Below, piece by piece: positions 46,660 to 57,250 of a stretch of 64,000 bases of DNA. Position numbers and translations under genes: made by a program. The notes beneath the pieces are model-generated. The model did no database searches, was not told the origin of the DNA, and was given only the letters and a program-made list of their open reading frames with translations. Source of the stretch: a virus; IMG/VR virus record IMGVR_UViG_3300025030_000053, positions 32,001 through 96,000 of that record; one strand, 5' to 3'. How positions within the stretch are numbered: the stretch's first letter is position 1; every line of letters starts with the position of its first letter.

Positions 46660-47293
46660 TTTTATTCCTTAAGTTTTTTAAATGTTTTGGTAATTTTTTG
46701 AATATTTTTTGTAGATTACAATATGTTTCTAACTTTAAATTTTTATCTATATATTCATATATTTTTTCTATTTCATCAAATGATTCTTGATTTTTTTTAA
46801 GAAATTCTCCGCACATAGATGAAATTGTAATATTAAATATTTCTGGACTCATTCCGCATATTTGTTCCTGTTCGTAATAATTTTCCTCAAATGAATCTAT
46901 TCTATTATTTATCAATTCATCATCAGAAATATCTGAAATTTTGCATATATTAGACAACGTCTTGATTGAATCTGACAATTTAGAATTTTTGTTCATTTTT
47001 GAAATGAAATCAATAATATTTCCTTTTTCTCCGCACGAGAAACAAAAAAATACTTTTTTGTTGATGTTGATAAACATATTTGGATTTTTTATATCATTAT
47101 GAAATGGACAAAAAATCAAAAATTCTCCATTATTTTGAATAGAATATTCTATGGAATAATAATTTAATACATCTTCAAATACAGATTTATTCAAGATGTA
47201 TTTTATTTCTTCTCTTGAATATATTTTTTGATTTTTTTCTTCTAAAATTTGATTTATGTCTTCTATTTCCTCAAAAGAGATTGTATCATTCAT
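46646..47293 (-). CDS. Stand-alone CHC2 primase zinc-binding domain protein
   Basis: CPFHND..P........FFCFSCG.KGNIIDF. Confidence 0.88.
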   Translation of the reverse strand: MNDTISFEEIEDINQILEEKNQKIYSREEIKYILNKSVFEDVLNYYSIEYSIQNNGEFLIFCPFHNDIKNPNMFININKKVFFCFSCGEKGNIIDFISKMNKNSKLSDSIKTLSNICKISDISDDELINNRIDSFEENYYEQEQICGMSPEIFNITISSMCGEFLKKNQESFDEIEKIYEYIDKNLKLETYCNLQKIFKKLPKHLKNLRNKNEKK

Positions 47294-48807
47294 TCTAAAT
47301 CTCCAACATCATCATCAAAGTCTATGATTGATTTTTCATTAGAAAAAATATTATTAAAATTGCTATTGTCAAACAAATATTTAATTGTATTAGTATTTTT
47401 TTCTATTGGAATAATTTTAGCCATTTGTGGAATATACAAAGAACAAAAAGGATCAAAATGAGTGTCTCTAGCTTTGACCTTGTGAAACCACATATAATTT
47501 TGCCCACTTGGGTCGTTTGGATCGAAACAAGGATTGATTCCTATAACAAAATCAGCATAATCCATAGTCTTTTTAGAATCCTGGACCATTTCTGGCTGCC
47601 ATTGAATTTTATCAAAGTCTGCTGTTTCTTCTTTTTTCCTGATGCCTTTTAGCCCTTCACGATTGATTTGCTGAGCAGTAATTACCGGAATCCTGTATCT
47701 TCGTGCCATTTGTCTCAGTCCGACCGTGGCTCGAGATATAATTTCATATTCTTTCATTCCAGATGACGATTCAGCCAATGCCATATTACCAAGATAATCT
47801 ACAAAAATAGCATCTGGTTTTCTATCGGCTGCGCAAAAATAACGCATCCTTGATTCAATCTCTTCAATAGTTGTATTGTCAGGCTGGTCGATGAAATAAA
47901 AATAATTGTTGCTCGATGTTTCCTGATCTATAAGAAATTCTTTCCAAGTTTTCATTTCATTTTCGTCTAATGAAAGATTTTTGTATTGTTCATACATCTT
48001 GTTAGTTTTTATAGAAAAATATCTTGAAAGACATTGCCATTGTGGCATTTCAAATGAAAAGAACAAGATGTTGTTTCCTCTTTCGTGGGCGCCGACTGCC
48101 CAATTCAACAGGACCGTGGATTTGCCTTTCCCGAGCTCCCCAAGGATAATAATCAACTGACCTTCACGAAATCCATTGGTGGCATTATCTATTTCAGGAA
48201 TGCCTATTTTTAATCCGCCATCTCTGGATAAATTTTTCTTTTCTTCTTCATACAAAGATATGATTTCTTCTGCACTTCCGGAAGCATTAATTATTCTAGT
48301 TTTTTGCCCCACAGATCCTTTTGAAGAACGAATATCACTAAATTTAGATATTATTTCATCAAGTGCATTTATAGGATCTTTATCTTTCAGGATTGATTTC
48401 ATATCTGGCAGATATTCAATAATTTCTCTTTTTATAGATCTGTCTCTAAGAATATCTAACAGATATTCGAAATTTAGATCACTGATATCTTCACTCTGAA
48501 TTTTTATAAATAATTTGATTATATTAGAAATTATAGATTCTCTAATTTTAGGATCAGAATTGATTTTCTTGCTATTAATTTCTTTTTGAAAAGAATCAAA
48601 AGTAATCACCTCATTATATTTAGCATAAAATTCGACAATAATTTGAAATATTCTTGAATATAATGGAATGTTAAAATTTTCTGATTTATAATTGAAATAA
48701 GATAAATTTATATTCTTGTTTATAGCATTCAGCAGATTGTCTTCACTATGAAGTATGCTTGCAAGTATTTTTAATTCTAATTCTTCCTGAATAATTTCGT
48801 TTTTCAT
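47290..48807 (-). CDS. dnaB: DnaB-like replicative helicase
   Basis: G..G.LIII.G..GKGKS, FSFEM, VDYL, AQQINR, D.V.G. Confidence 0.92.
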   Translation of the reverse strand: MKNEIIQEELELKILASILHSEDNLLNAINKNINLSYFNYKSENFNIPLYSRIFQIIVEFYAKYNEVITFDSFQKEINSKKINSDPKIRESIISNIIKLFIKIQSEDISDLNFEYLLDILRDRSIKREIIEYLPDMKSILKDKDPINALDEIISKFSDIRSSKGSVGQKTRIINASGSAEEIISLYEEEKKNLSRDGGLKIGIPEIDNATNGFREGQLIIILGELGKGKSTVLLNWAVGAHERGNNILFFSFEMPQWQCLSRYFSIKTNKMYEQYKNLSLDENEMKTWKEFLIDQETSSNNYFYFIDQPDNTTIEEIESRMRYFCAADRKPDAIFVDYLGNMALAESSSGMKEYEIISRATVGLRQMARRYRIPVITAQQINREGLKGIRKKEETADFDKIQWQPEMVQDSKKTMDYADFVIGINPCFDPNDPSGQNYMWFHKVKARDTHFDPFCSLYIPQMAKIIPIEKNTNTIKYLFDNSNFNNIFSNEKSIIDFDDDVGDLE

Positions 48808-49533
48808 TTATATTTCCTTAAATATATCTCTTGTAGATCCTGAAGGAAGTTTTACAATTATCGCATTTTTTATGAATGACTGGGTAATCGGGCCAAACAT
48901 CTCACATAATTTTTGCCCAGATACATAACTGGTCCAAATATTAGGAAGTTTCTCATAATTCCTTTTATTAGTGATATACTCCATTTTTTTCAAAAAGAAA
49001 TTGTTGTTATTATAAGCATAATTTGTAATTCCATCAATAATAATTAATTTTGATGAAATTAATTTTTCTTCTAATTCATTGACAATATTTTTGCTGTCAA
49101 AATCACTCAGTATTGAATAAAAATATATCCAAGGAATAAATAGTATATTTGTATTTTTTTCTATTGCAGATTTCAATATTATTGAAGACAACAATGTTTT
49201 GCCACTACTATTATCCCCTTGAAAAATTATATTTTGACTGCTAATAATTCTATCATTTAAATTTGAATTATATTCTAAATTATTACCATTCATAATATCT
49301 TCTATATTTTTAGAATATTGAAGAGTTATTTCATAAGCTTTTTTCTTTTGTATTTTTTCCGAAGATGACAATTCGTTTCCAAGGGAATCTTGGTTGATGG
49401 TGAAATTTTCTATTGTAAGATCCCAGTATTCTGTTGGAATACCAATATTTTTGAATATTTGTTTTTTTTTGTAATCTATTATTTCTTGCGATGGCACTGC
49501 ATATCCATTATTTATAGTAAATCCTTTAATCAT
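48808..49533 (-). CDS. DnaC/IstB-like helicase loader ATPase
   Basis: GIP..Y, G...SGKT.L, LIIIDG, R....LP.I.TS; adjacent to dnaB. Confidence 0.75.
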   Translation of the reverse strand: MIKGFTINNGYAVPSQEIIDYKKKQIFKNIGIPTEYWDLTIENFTINQDSLGNELSSSEKIQKKKAYEITLQYSKNIEDIMNGNNLEYNSNLNDRIISSQNIIFQGDNSSGKTLLSSIILKSAIEKNTNILFIPWIYFYSILSDFDSKNIVNELEEKLISSKLIIIDGITNYAYNNNNFFLKKMEYITNKRNYEKLPNIWTSYVSGQKLCEMFGPITQSFIKNAIIVKLPSGSTRDIFKEI

Positions 49534-49541
49534 AATTTTTC

Positions 49542-49853
49542 CTATATATTTATTTCCATTGTAGATAATATATTGCTCAAATATATAATAGCAAATATAT
49601 ATAATATAACTAATATATTTTCTATTTTTATTTCATTATTTTTAGTTTTCATTATTCCAGTATATGGTGATGGAATGTTGTCATTATTTGATACAATATC
49701 AATTATTTGCCCACTTATAATTGATATGACAAAAATTGGTATATATGACAAAAACAAAAGAATGATATTAATATTTGGAATCATATTATATATACAGATA
49801 ATTGGATATATTATTGTTGATATATAAAATAATGCTTTGCTATTTTCTGACAT
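49542..49853 (-). CDS. Small membrane protein
   Basis: Three hydrophobic segments; 14-bp overlap with the upstream gene. Confidence 0.45.
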   Translation of the reverse strand: MSENSKALFYISTIIYPIICIYNMIPNINIILLFLSYIPIFVISIISGQIIDIVSNNDNIPSPYTGIMKTKNNEIKIENILVILYIFAIIYLSNILSTMEINI

Positions 49854-50631
49854 TTACAATCTCCAAATAATGTTTGGGAATTTCTGAATTATAATCAGCA
49901 TTTCTCCACCAATTTTGTTTTGTGCAATCAAATTTATCCCATATATATGAAAATTCTTCTCTCCATTTCAACAGATTGAAATTTTCTGGGTAAGGAGACA
50001 TATTGATGCTTTGTTTGGCAATTTTGTTGATTGAATTTACTTTTCTTTCATTCACTAATTTTATTAATTTTTTTTCTATATTTTTGTAGATCAATGATTT
50101 GTCTTTGTCCATAATATATTCAATATATGTAGATATAATCGGTATTCCATATGATTCTAAAAGATTAGTGATTGGTTTTCCATTTTTTACAAATTCATTC
50201 AATCTTTTCAAGAATTCTGTGTCATATTCTATGGAATTTTCTTCTTTTGCAGAGAAATTATTTAAAAATAGTTTCAAATCGTGCAACATAAAATCTGGAT
50301 TTTTTTGTAAAATTTCTGATTTATTTTCTTTGCACCAATCTAAAAATAATTTTAGATCTTTTTTTCTTTTGTGTCCATTCTTGCTTAATTCTGATTTAAT
50401 TTTCTGTATTTCTGGTATATCAATAGCGAATGTTATATTGTAATCTGAATCTTTGACTTCAAAAAATATATTTTTGAAATATAAAACAAAATCTTTATTA
50501 GTCCATTCTTCTATCGGTTTTGATGTTATATTGTCCCATCCAAAATTCCAATCAGATTCGCCCGATGAATCAAGACTTTGATTCACTTTTTCATTGATTT
50601 GATAAATTATTTTCTCTATGTCAGTCAGCAT
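49840..50631 (-). CDS. Hypothetical protein in the replication cluster
   Basis: 263-aa ORF between the sbcC C-half and the loader. Confidence 0.6.
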   Translation of the reverse strand: MLTDIEKIIYQINEKVNQSLDSSGESDWNFGWDNITSKPIEEWTNKDFVLYFKNIFFEVKDSDYNITFAIDIPEIQKIKSELSKNGHKRKKDLKLFLDWCKENKSEILQKNPDFMLHDLKLFLNNFSAKEENSIEYDTEFLKRLNEFVKNGKPITNLLESYGIPIISTYIEYIMDKDKSLIYKNIEKKLIKLVNERKVNSINKIAKQSINMSPYPENFNLLKWREEFSYIWDKFDCTKQNWWRNADYNSEIPKHYLEIVNVRK

Positions 50632-50642
50632 CTTGGCTCAGA

Positions 50643-51359
50643 CTACTCATCAACATCGGAAGTTTCAGGTTCGGAGTCAAACAAGCCTACGGCGTCCGAA
50701 TATTTCTGGCTGACATCCTCTACATGGCTGGTATCGCCAATTTTCCTGAAATACCATATTTTATCAGCATACTGCAAAAATTCTTTGGCATGGGTAATCA
50801 TGATTAGCTGCCTTCCAGACCATGCAGCGCCTGCGTTGTCGGGGTTGATGATTTCTAGGATGACCTCTGTGGCAGCAGCACGAAGATCGTCTGACAAAAA
50901 TTTGAAATATTCATCAGACAATATCGGGCCTTCGATCGTTGGCGTCATCAATTCCAATTGAGAAATACAAAAAACCATAGACAGCAGATCAACCATTCCG
51001 CCGCCGCACTGATCCAAATCAATACTTACCTTTTCATTATTTTCAATTGGAATGCCTATATTTATATTCGCAACAGAACTCCTTCTGTTTTCTGAATATT
51101 CTATTTTGAGATCATATCCTTCTCCAAACACAGATGACAATGCGGTAGTCCCAAGTTCTTCAAAAACACTTTTTGATTTATCTCTACATGTTTCCATAAA
51201 TTGAAGAATCATTGAAGATGATTCTTCATGAATTGCCTTCTCTTTTTTGATTTTTTCAAGATTTTCTTTTGTTTCTTCAATTTTAGAAAGTATATCTTCT
51301 CTTTTAGATTGTTGTAATTTTAATTTTGATAATTTTTCTATAAATCTATTTTTATTCAT
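50643..51359 (-). CDS. SbcC/Rad50 C-terminal half
   Basis: Coiled coil, then CGGG signature, ILSDE Walker B and ITH H-loop. Confidence 0.85.
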   Translation of the reverse strand: MNKNRFIEKLSKLKLQQSKREDILSKIEETKENLEKIKKEKAIHEESSSMILQFMETCRDKSKSVFEELGTTALSSVFGEGYDLKIEYSENRRSSVANINIGIPIENNEKVSIDLDQCGGGMVDLLSMVFCISQLELMTPTIEGPILSDEYFKFLSDDLRAAATEVILEIINPDNAGAAWSGRQLIMITHAKEFLQYADKIWYFRKIGDTSHVEDVSQKYSDAVGLFDSEPETSDVDE

Positions 51360-51612
51360 TAAAATCTTCTTCTGACACGATCTTTTTTATTTCATCTAAT
51401 CCTTCTTGGAGTTCTTTTGTCCATTGTGATATATTTTTTTCAATATCTTTGATAGAAATTCCAAGTTCAGATTCTAATTTTTTCAATAATTCATTTTTTT
51501 GCAATAACATTTGTTGCTTTTCACCCTCCAACCTATCTATTTTGGATTGCGCATTCTTGGCAACTTGTTTATATTTTTTTATTTCATCAAAGAAAATATT
51601 TATATCATTCAT
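51352..51612 (-). CDS. Small coiled-coil protein within the sbcCD cluster
   Basis: 86-aa heptad-rich ORF coupled on both sides. Confidence 0.6.
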   Translation of the reverse strand: MNDINIFFDEIKKYKQVAKNAQSKIDRLEGEKQQMLLQKNELLKKLESELGISIKDIEKNISQWTKELQEGLDEIKKIVSEEDFNE

Positions 51613-52576
51613 CTATTTTTCTCTCATTCTTGATTTCATCTATAATAGATGAAATCAATTTAATTATTTCATCTTTGTTTTTATGATCTTTACAAAATAT
51701 TTTAAAATCATCAATAATTGAATCTGATAATTTAAATATACCAGACGATCTTAATCCATCTAATTTCTTGGCTAATTCATTTCTACTTAATCTTTTATTT
51801 TTGTTGTCCAAAGCCGCTTGTAGATTGAATATCTGCTTTCCTATGCCAGCAGTTTTCAGCGGTATGTTGGCTATTTTTAGATTATCTTGATCTATGTCAA
51901 CGAACAGAACTTGTAATTTTCTTTCTATGTCAGATTTAGTGGCAGATTTTCTAGCAATTGCACCTGGGTTGCAAAAAATTACACCATCGTCCCGGTGAAC
52001 AGAAGGATATCCTGGATGATAATGCCCTGATATGACCAATTCAGTTTTTTGATGAACCTTGAAATCTTTTATCAAAATATGATCATCGCTGATAAATGGT
52101 GTAGGAAGTATATTAGCGTGCATCACATATATTTCACAATCATTATTGCTGTGATCTATATGTTCTATGTCGTGCTGATAATGTCCAAAATAAATTGATG
52201 TATCTTTTAGTTTAAGTTTTTTATGTGGAATTTCTAATCCACATTGTGATAATGTCCCCAATGCAGTACGCATCAGAGAATCTGGATTATGTCCTATGAT
52301 GTCATGATTACCTATCACAGAATACATAGGTATTCCCCAGGATTCGCCAGATGGTGAAGTTTGAAATATTTTAATTATTTCATTTCTAACAATTCCATTT
52401 GGTTCAAATGAATCAAATATATCTCCTAAAAAAATAACTGCTTCACATTGCTTGTTGGCAGCAATATTTAATGATTCATTGATGCAATTTTCAATATCTT
52501 CTCTATAACAATCAATTCTTAATGATGGATTAGTGTATCTATAATGAGTATCACCTATAAAAAGAATTTTAGACAT
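51605..52576 (-). CDS. sbcD: SbcD/Mre11-like metallophosphoesterase nuclease
   Basis: GDTH, GDIFD, GNHD, SGHYH, NPG.I.R. Confidence 0.9.
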   Translation of the reverse strand: MSKILFIGDTHYRYTNPSLRIDCYREDIENCINESLNIAANKQCEAVIFLGDIFDSFEPNGIVRNEIIKIFQTSPSGESWGIPMYSVIGNHDIIGHNPDSLMRTALGTLSQCGLEIPHKKLKLKDTSIYFGHYQHDIEHIDHSNNDCEIYVMHANILPTPFISDDHILIKDFKVHQKTELVISGHYHPGYPSVHRDDGVIFCNPGAIARKSATKSDIERKLQVLFVDIDQDNLKIANIPLKTAGIGKQIFNLQAALDNKNKRLSRNELAKKLDGLRSSGIFKLSDSIIDDFKIFCKDHKNKDEIIKLISSIIDEIKNERKIDE

Positions 52577-53823
52577 TATTCTTCTCCTAGATGATAAGCT
52601 ATATGATCATAGTCTTTGTCGCCAAGTTGGTGATCACATAATGGACATTGATTATTTTGGTTAAAATATTTATATATGTATAATTTCATATTATTTATAT
52701 CATTGCTCTTTGATTTTTTAAATTCATTGATTTTATTTTCTATTGATTTTTCTTCGTCAGATATGTTGGAAATAGTTTTTTTATATTTTTCATATTTCTC
52801 TAAAATATTGATTATTTTTTCATATTTATTTATATTCAGGTTATATTTTGTTTGGTTGCTATTAATGGAATTATCTATATTTTTCAGATTTTTATTTATT
52901 TTGTCTATTTGAATGATTATTGTATTTGACAATTCCATTTTAGAAATAAGTAAATCTACATATTGCAATTTTGTCTCCACAGAAACAAATTTATTTAATT
53001 TTTTTATTTCATTATTGACAATTGAATATCTATTTTTTAGATATTCTGCTTCAATCAATATTTTCTTTGCTATTGAAATTTTTCGCTCTAATTCCTCATT
53101 GCGTTCAATTTTAGGAATAATAATATTTTCAATTAAATTTATTTTTTCTGATACATCTGGGAAAAATTCAATTTCATTCGTAAGTCTGGCGTATTCTTCT
53201 GCATATATTTTTTCTTTTGTTGGGAATTCTCCATGATGATGTATTCTTGAATTGATCACAGACAAAGCTTCTTCAAATAAATCAAGGTTATTCAACTTTG
53301 AAATGATTCCAGATAGAGCATTACCTTGATATGTTAAAGCCCTCGGTGGCTCAAATTGGGCCAGATAATTGACTATATTCTTTTTGCCTCCGATGAGAAC
53401 TGAACCAAAACCTAAAACTTCTTTGATTTCGTCTGGAACATCATATCCGAACTGGTTGTAGGTAGTTTCTCCCACATCTGGATTTATCAAAATATATTTA
53501 TTCGCTGATCCGCCGGTAGAATCCTGATTGCCGGATCTTCTACGGATAACTTTATATCCATTAGAAAGTTCTATTTCAACAGATGCAATATTGTGTTGTT
53601 TTCTTTTTTTATCAGATTTTTGAGATTGTATAGAATCGTAATCTTTTCTAACAAATTTATTAGAAGATGGTTCATTAAAACAAACCCATATGATTGCTCT
53701 GATCAATGAAGATTTACCAGAATTTGAACTACCAGTAAGAATGTTGAATCCTGGGCTAAATTCAACATATGTATCTTTGTGGCTTTCAAAGTTTTGTATT
53801 TTTATATTTTTTATCCAAATCAT
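52576..53823 (-). CDS. SbcC/Rad50 N-terminal half
   Basis: I.NF.SH, GSSNSGKSS Walker A, Q-loop, coiled coil ending in a CPLC zinc hook. Confidence 0.88.
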   Translation of the reverse strand: MIWIKNIKIQNFESHKDTYVEFSPGFNILTGSSNSGKSSLIRAIIWVCFNEPSSNKFVRKDYDSIQSQKSDKKRKQHNIASVEIELSNGYKVIRRRSGNQDSTGGSANKYILINPDVGETTYNQFGYDVPDEIKEVLGFGSVLIGGKKNIVNYLAQFEPPRALTYQGNALSGIISKLNNLDLFEEALSVINSRIHHHGEFPTKEKIYAEEYARLTNEIEFFPDVSEKINLIENIIIPKIERNEELERKISIAKKILIEAEYLKNRYSIVNNEIKKLNKFVSVETKLQYVDLLISKMELSNTIIIQIDKINKNLKNIDNSINSNQTKYNLNINKYEKIINILEKYEKYKKTISNISDEEKSIENKINEFKKSKSNDINNMKLYIYKYFNQNNQCPLCDHQLGDKDYDHIAYHLGEE

Positions 53824-54605
53824 ATTTTATATTTATTCAAGATATATTCCATATAGTCAGAATTATTTTTAGATAGTTTGTTTTTGATATTTTTTTCTCT
53901 TGCTTCATAATTGAAATGCTTCATCATCGCACTTCGATCTTGAATATCTCCGGTAAAAGGAGACTCTTCAACAACGCGATTTTCAACTGGATTAATATTG
54001 CTTTGCTCGATCCTTCGTTCGGACATTTCTCGCGCCAAAATAGAATTTTTTACTTCAATGGAAACACCATCTTTTTGCATATCAATAATATCTTTTGAAA
54101 TATTTTCTATATCTTTAAATATGGAGCATCTTTCTTCGTGAATGGAAACTATTTTTGGGTTTATTTTATATACAAACATTTGATTATCTATATATTTTTC
54201 TAATTTTAACTCTTGAATATAATTTTCAAAATTATTCCATCCATCATCTAAAAGTTCTCTCAACAAGTGAGAATATGACATAATAAAATCATATATATTT
54301 ATTGAATCATCTATGTATTTTTCAAACACGCCGCTCAGCGGTGCATCTAATGCTTTCTTTGTGTGTGTCAGAACTATTTCATCATCTTTGACTTTTGTGG
54401 CACTATAATATTCCAAAAATCCCTCTGATACTGCCATTCCTGCACGAAGTATTCCAGAAATTTGCAATGAATCATGATTTTTTGATTGTTCTAAAAATTC
54501 TTTTATAGATTTAATATAAATGATGTTTTCATTATCTGGCAAAAATTTCAGACTATTAAGATAGTCTTCGTGTTTTCCATAGATGTATAATTTTATTAAA
54601 GGCAT
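53820..54605 (-). CDS. Hypothetical protein
   Basis: GGAG SD; coupled to the sbcC N-half. Confidence 0.6.
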   Translation of the reverse strand: MPLIKLYIYGKHEDYLNSLKFLPDNENIIYIKSIKEFLEQSKNHDSLQISGILRAGMAVSEGFLEYYSATKVKDDEIVLTHTKKALDAPLSGVFEKYIDDSINIYDFIMSYSHLLRELLDDGWNNFENYIQELKLEKYIDNQMFVYKINPKIVSIHEERCSIFKDIENISKDIIDMQKDGVSIEVKNSILAREMSERRIEQSNINPVENRVVEESPFTGDIQDRSAMMKHFNYEAREKNIKNKLSKNNSDYMEYILNKYKI

Positions 54606-54645
54606 TTTTTATTCTCCAAAGAAATAATAGTTTGGGAGTGATATT

Positions 54646-54852
54646 ATGTCAAAAGTATTGAAAAAAATTGTAGATTATGAAATTGCTATGGATTTGATCA
54701 ATGATTTGAGAGCAAAAATAAAAATAAATCCAACTATGGAAGATTATGACGATTTGTTGCAATGTTGGAATAGACTATATGAATATATGTCGACTGCCCC
54801 AGTAGAACAAACAGGAGCGTCACTCCCCAGGATACTCACCGCTCGGCGATGA
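54646..54852 (+). CDS. Small hypothetical protein
   Basis: GGGAG SD; promoter-like AAAGGCATT-N11-AAAGAAA at 54598-54624. Confidence 0.55.
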   Translation: MSKVLKKIVDYEIAMDLINDLRAKIKINPTMEDYDDLLQCWNRLYEYMSTAPVEQTGASLPRILTARR

Positions 54853-55191
54853 ATTCAAGCACAACCTAGACGATAATCTGATATTTTTCAATATATTTTC
54901 TATAATTTCAAATGATTTTTTTATAGATTTCAAAAGATTGATATCAAGAAATATATATATTTCTTCTTCAATTTCTCTGATATATAAATTATTTAATCCC
55001 TTGAATGAATCTTCTATTGCAATAGAAGATATATATTTTATTTTAGAATATGGAATATTTTGAAAATGGTTAGATAGAATTTCTTTTAGTGCTATATCTA
55101 TTTGATATTTGAGAACATTTATGTTCTCATTTGTAGATATTGAAAACAAAATTTTATCGCTGCCGTAATCCCACTCAAATTTATTTAACAT
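54820..55191 (-). CDS. Hypothetical protein
   Basis: Coupled to the upstream ORF by TAATG. Confidence 0.5.
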   Translation of the reverse strand: MLNKFEWDYGSDKILFSISTNENINVLKYQIDIALKEILSNHFQNIPYSKIKYISSIAIEDSFKGLNNLYIREIEEEIYIFLDINLLKSIKKSFEIIENILKNIRLSSRLCLNSSPSGEYPGE

Positions 55192-55964
55192 TATTTTCTC
55201 ACAAATATTTCAGAATTATTAGTTGTTTGTTTTGATTTTTTCCAATCTTTTTCACAATCATAACAATAGAATGAATCTATTCCTAAATTTAGGATATTGT
55301 TTCCACACTCACCACAATATGGGCATGATACTCCTTTGAGATTAGAAAGTTCTTCTTCTTCATTGATCTCAAAATATTCTATCATAAATTCCTTGTCATC
55401 GAAATCAGCATCTATAAATATTGAATTTTCTTCTTTTAATATTTCTTCATAATTTTCACTAATTTCTTTTAGTTGATTAGATACAAATTCAATTCTGTCA
55501 TCTTCTGAAATTCCTACAACAGAATTGCTTGATGATGTTTTCTTTGTTCTCAATATTTCTAATGATCTTTCTACAAAAATATAAATATATTCATTCAAGA
55601 TTGGCAAATCTGATTTTTTGAAATCATCTAAATTAGGAATAAATATATCTGTATCCTTGGTGATGTTCAAAGATATTATATGATCTAATTTTTTTAGAAT
55701 ATTTTCAATATTAAATTTTTCTTCATCTATAATTTTTGATACATATATCAGTAGACAAGCAAATGAAACTTTGAATAAATTTTCTTTTGATATAGATTTT
55801 ATATTGATGCTGACATTGTTCAATTTTATATTTAATTCAGATTGTTTTTCTGAATCTAATAATTCCAGATATTTAGGATATTTCATTTCACAATATGAAA
55901 GAAATTTATCTTCTGATGTCATATCAACTAATATTCCATTATTATTTTCCATATATGTCTCCAT
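55191..55964 (-). CDS. Hypothetical protein with C-terminal Zn ribbon
   Basis: CPYCG...CYDC. Confidence 0.6.
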   Translation of the reverse strand: METYMENNNGILVDMTSEDKFLSYCEMKYPKYLELLDSEKQSELNIKLNNVSINIKSISKENLFKVSFACLLIYVSKIIDEEKFNIENILKKLDHIISLNITKDTDIFIPNLDDFKKSDLPILNEYIYIFVERSLEILRTKKTSSSNSVVGISEDDRIEFVSNQLKEISENYEEILKEENSIFIDADFDDKEFMIEYFEINEEEELSNLKGVSCPYCGECGNNILNLGIDSFYCYDCEKDWKKSKQTTNNSEIFVRK

Positions 55965-56027
55965 TAAAAAGGTTTCAAGGATATTATATTAGAATTAAAC
56001 TTCAAATATCAAATTTTGGAGAGTAAA

Positions 56028-56480
56028 ATGGAAAATGAATTATTGGGATTTCAAAAAGAATATTGGCGAGCATTGACATTCAACAACAAGCAAGAAGCAG
56101 ATGATATAGAAAAAAGATGGGAGAAGCATTCAAAAAAGCAATTAGACTTGTTGAAAAAAGAAGCACAATTAAAAATTATTGAAGATATTTATGATAATAT
56201 AAATTATTTAGATAGTTTAGCGTATGCTAATGATAATAATTCTAATTGGAATGATTATCTGGAATTTTTAAAAGAATCTAAAAATAACAGAGAAATTATA
56301 ACCAAATTTGCATCTAATTCTGATTATATCTATGGCAAAAAGTTTGTTGTATCTAATAAACTTTTTGAAGAAAAAATGATGACATTAGAAAATCCAGTAA
56401 TTGAATTCAAAATTTTAAGAAATAGTTTAAAAGATTTTCAATCAGAACTAGAATCGGAAATTTCTTCACCGACTTCATAG
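56028..56480 (+). CDS. Hypothetical late protein
   Basis: GGAG SD before the ATG at 56028. KKEAQ and TKFAS motifs. Promoter-like AAAGGTTTC-N12-TTAGAAT at 55968-55995. Confidence 0.6.
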   Translation: MENELLGFQKEYWRALTFNNKQEADDIEKRWEKHSKKQLDLLKKEAQLKIIEDIYDNINYLDSLAYANDNNSNWNDYLEFLKESKNNREIITKFASNSDYIYGKKFVVSNKLFEEKMMTLENPVIEFKILRNSLKDFQSELESEISSPTS

Positions 56481-56719
56481 TCTAAAAATGAAAGTGCCCC
56501 TCCTCTGTATATAAAATCTTTTAGTCCAGATATATCTTTATTTAGTTCTGGAACATTCAATGTATTTCTAAAAATTATTTCAATGTAATCTTTCATTTCT
56601 GACATAAGAGAAATTTGAGTACAGATCAAAATTCTATCAATATTTTCTTCCTCTATTGATTTAGCAAATATATTTATAAATTGTGATTTTTTCAGTCTTG
56701 GTAGTCTATCATTCATCAT
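56438..56719 (-). CDS. Hypothetical protein
   Basis: 93-aa ORF overlapping the upstream gene. Confidence 0.45.
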   Translation of the reverse strand: MMNDRLPRLKKSQFINIFAKSIEEENIDRILICTQISLMSEMKDYIEIIFRNTLNVPELNKDISGLKDFIYRGGALSFLDYEVGEEISDSSSD

Positions 56720-57227
56720 TGTTGGCCTTTCTAATAATTATATTTTGATCATCAACCCTGTCGCCATTTGAAATTTCATTAGGCATCACACCACTAATTA
56801 TCACTTTGTCGTTCTCATTGATATTTCTAGGGACTATATTCGTAGATATATAAAATATTTTATTTTTTTGTTTAATCAAAGTGTATTTGTCATCTATTTT
56901 TTTGACATGTGCTATTGACTTATTATTGGATTCTTTTTCAAAGAACTCTTTTTTATTGATGTAGTTGCAAGACAAGCATCTAATTAAATTTATATCTAAT
57001 TTGTTGAATTTAATATTTCTTGATATATACTTGTTTAATTTCTTGTTGAAAATAATTTCTGATATAAAATCTTTGGAATCAATCCAGAATGCAAAAAAAT
57101 TGTTATTTATATTTGTCCCACAATTTGGACAAACTATTTCTATTTTTTCTATCGCCTCTCCTACTGGAGAATAATTAGATGCCATCGGAAAAAGGACTTC
57201 TGAATTTTTTGAAGAATTTATTTTCAT
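56709..57227 (-). CDS. Zn-ribbon hypothetical protein
   Basis: CPNC...CLSC. The real start may be the second Met. Confidence 0.5.
   Translation of the reverse strand: MKINSSKNSEVLFPMASNYSPVGEAIEKIEIVCPNCGTNINNNFFAFWIDSKDFISEIIFNKKLNKYISRNIKFNKLDINLIRCLSCNYINKKEFFEKESNNKSIAHVKKIDDKYTLIKQKNKIFYISTNIVPRNINENDKVIISGVMPNEISNGDRVDDQNIIIRKANNDE
57191..57217 (+). promoter_or_regulatory. sigma-H-type promoter for the HD-domain gene
   Basis: AAAGGACTT-N11-GAAGAAT, one mismatch to the consensus. Confidence 0.6.
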
Positions 57228-57250
57228 AGTTTAGGAGAGTACTCTTATCA

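Noticed and set aside
18386-53823. Bacterial chromosome origin for the replication genes
   Set aside because: The dense replication cluster together with terL, a gp32-like SSB, homing endonucleases and many orphans, and no ribosomal or housekeeping operons, fits a large phage.
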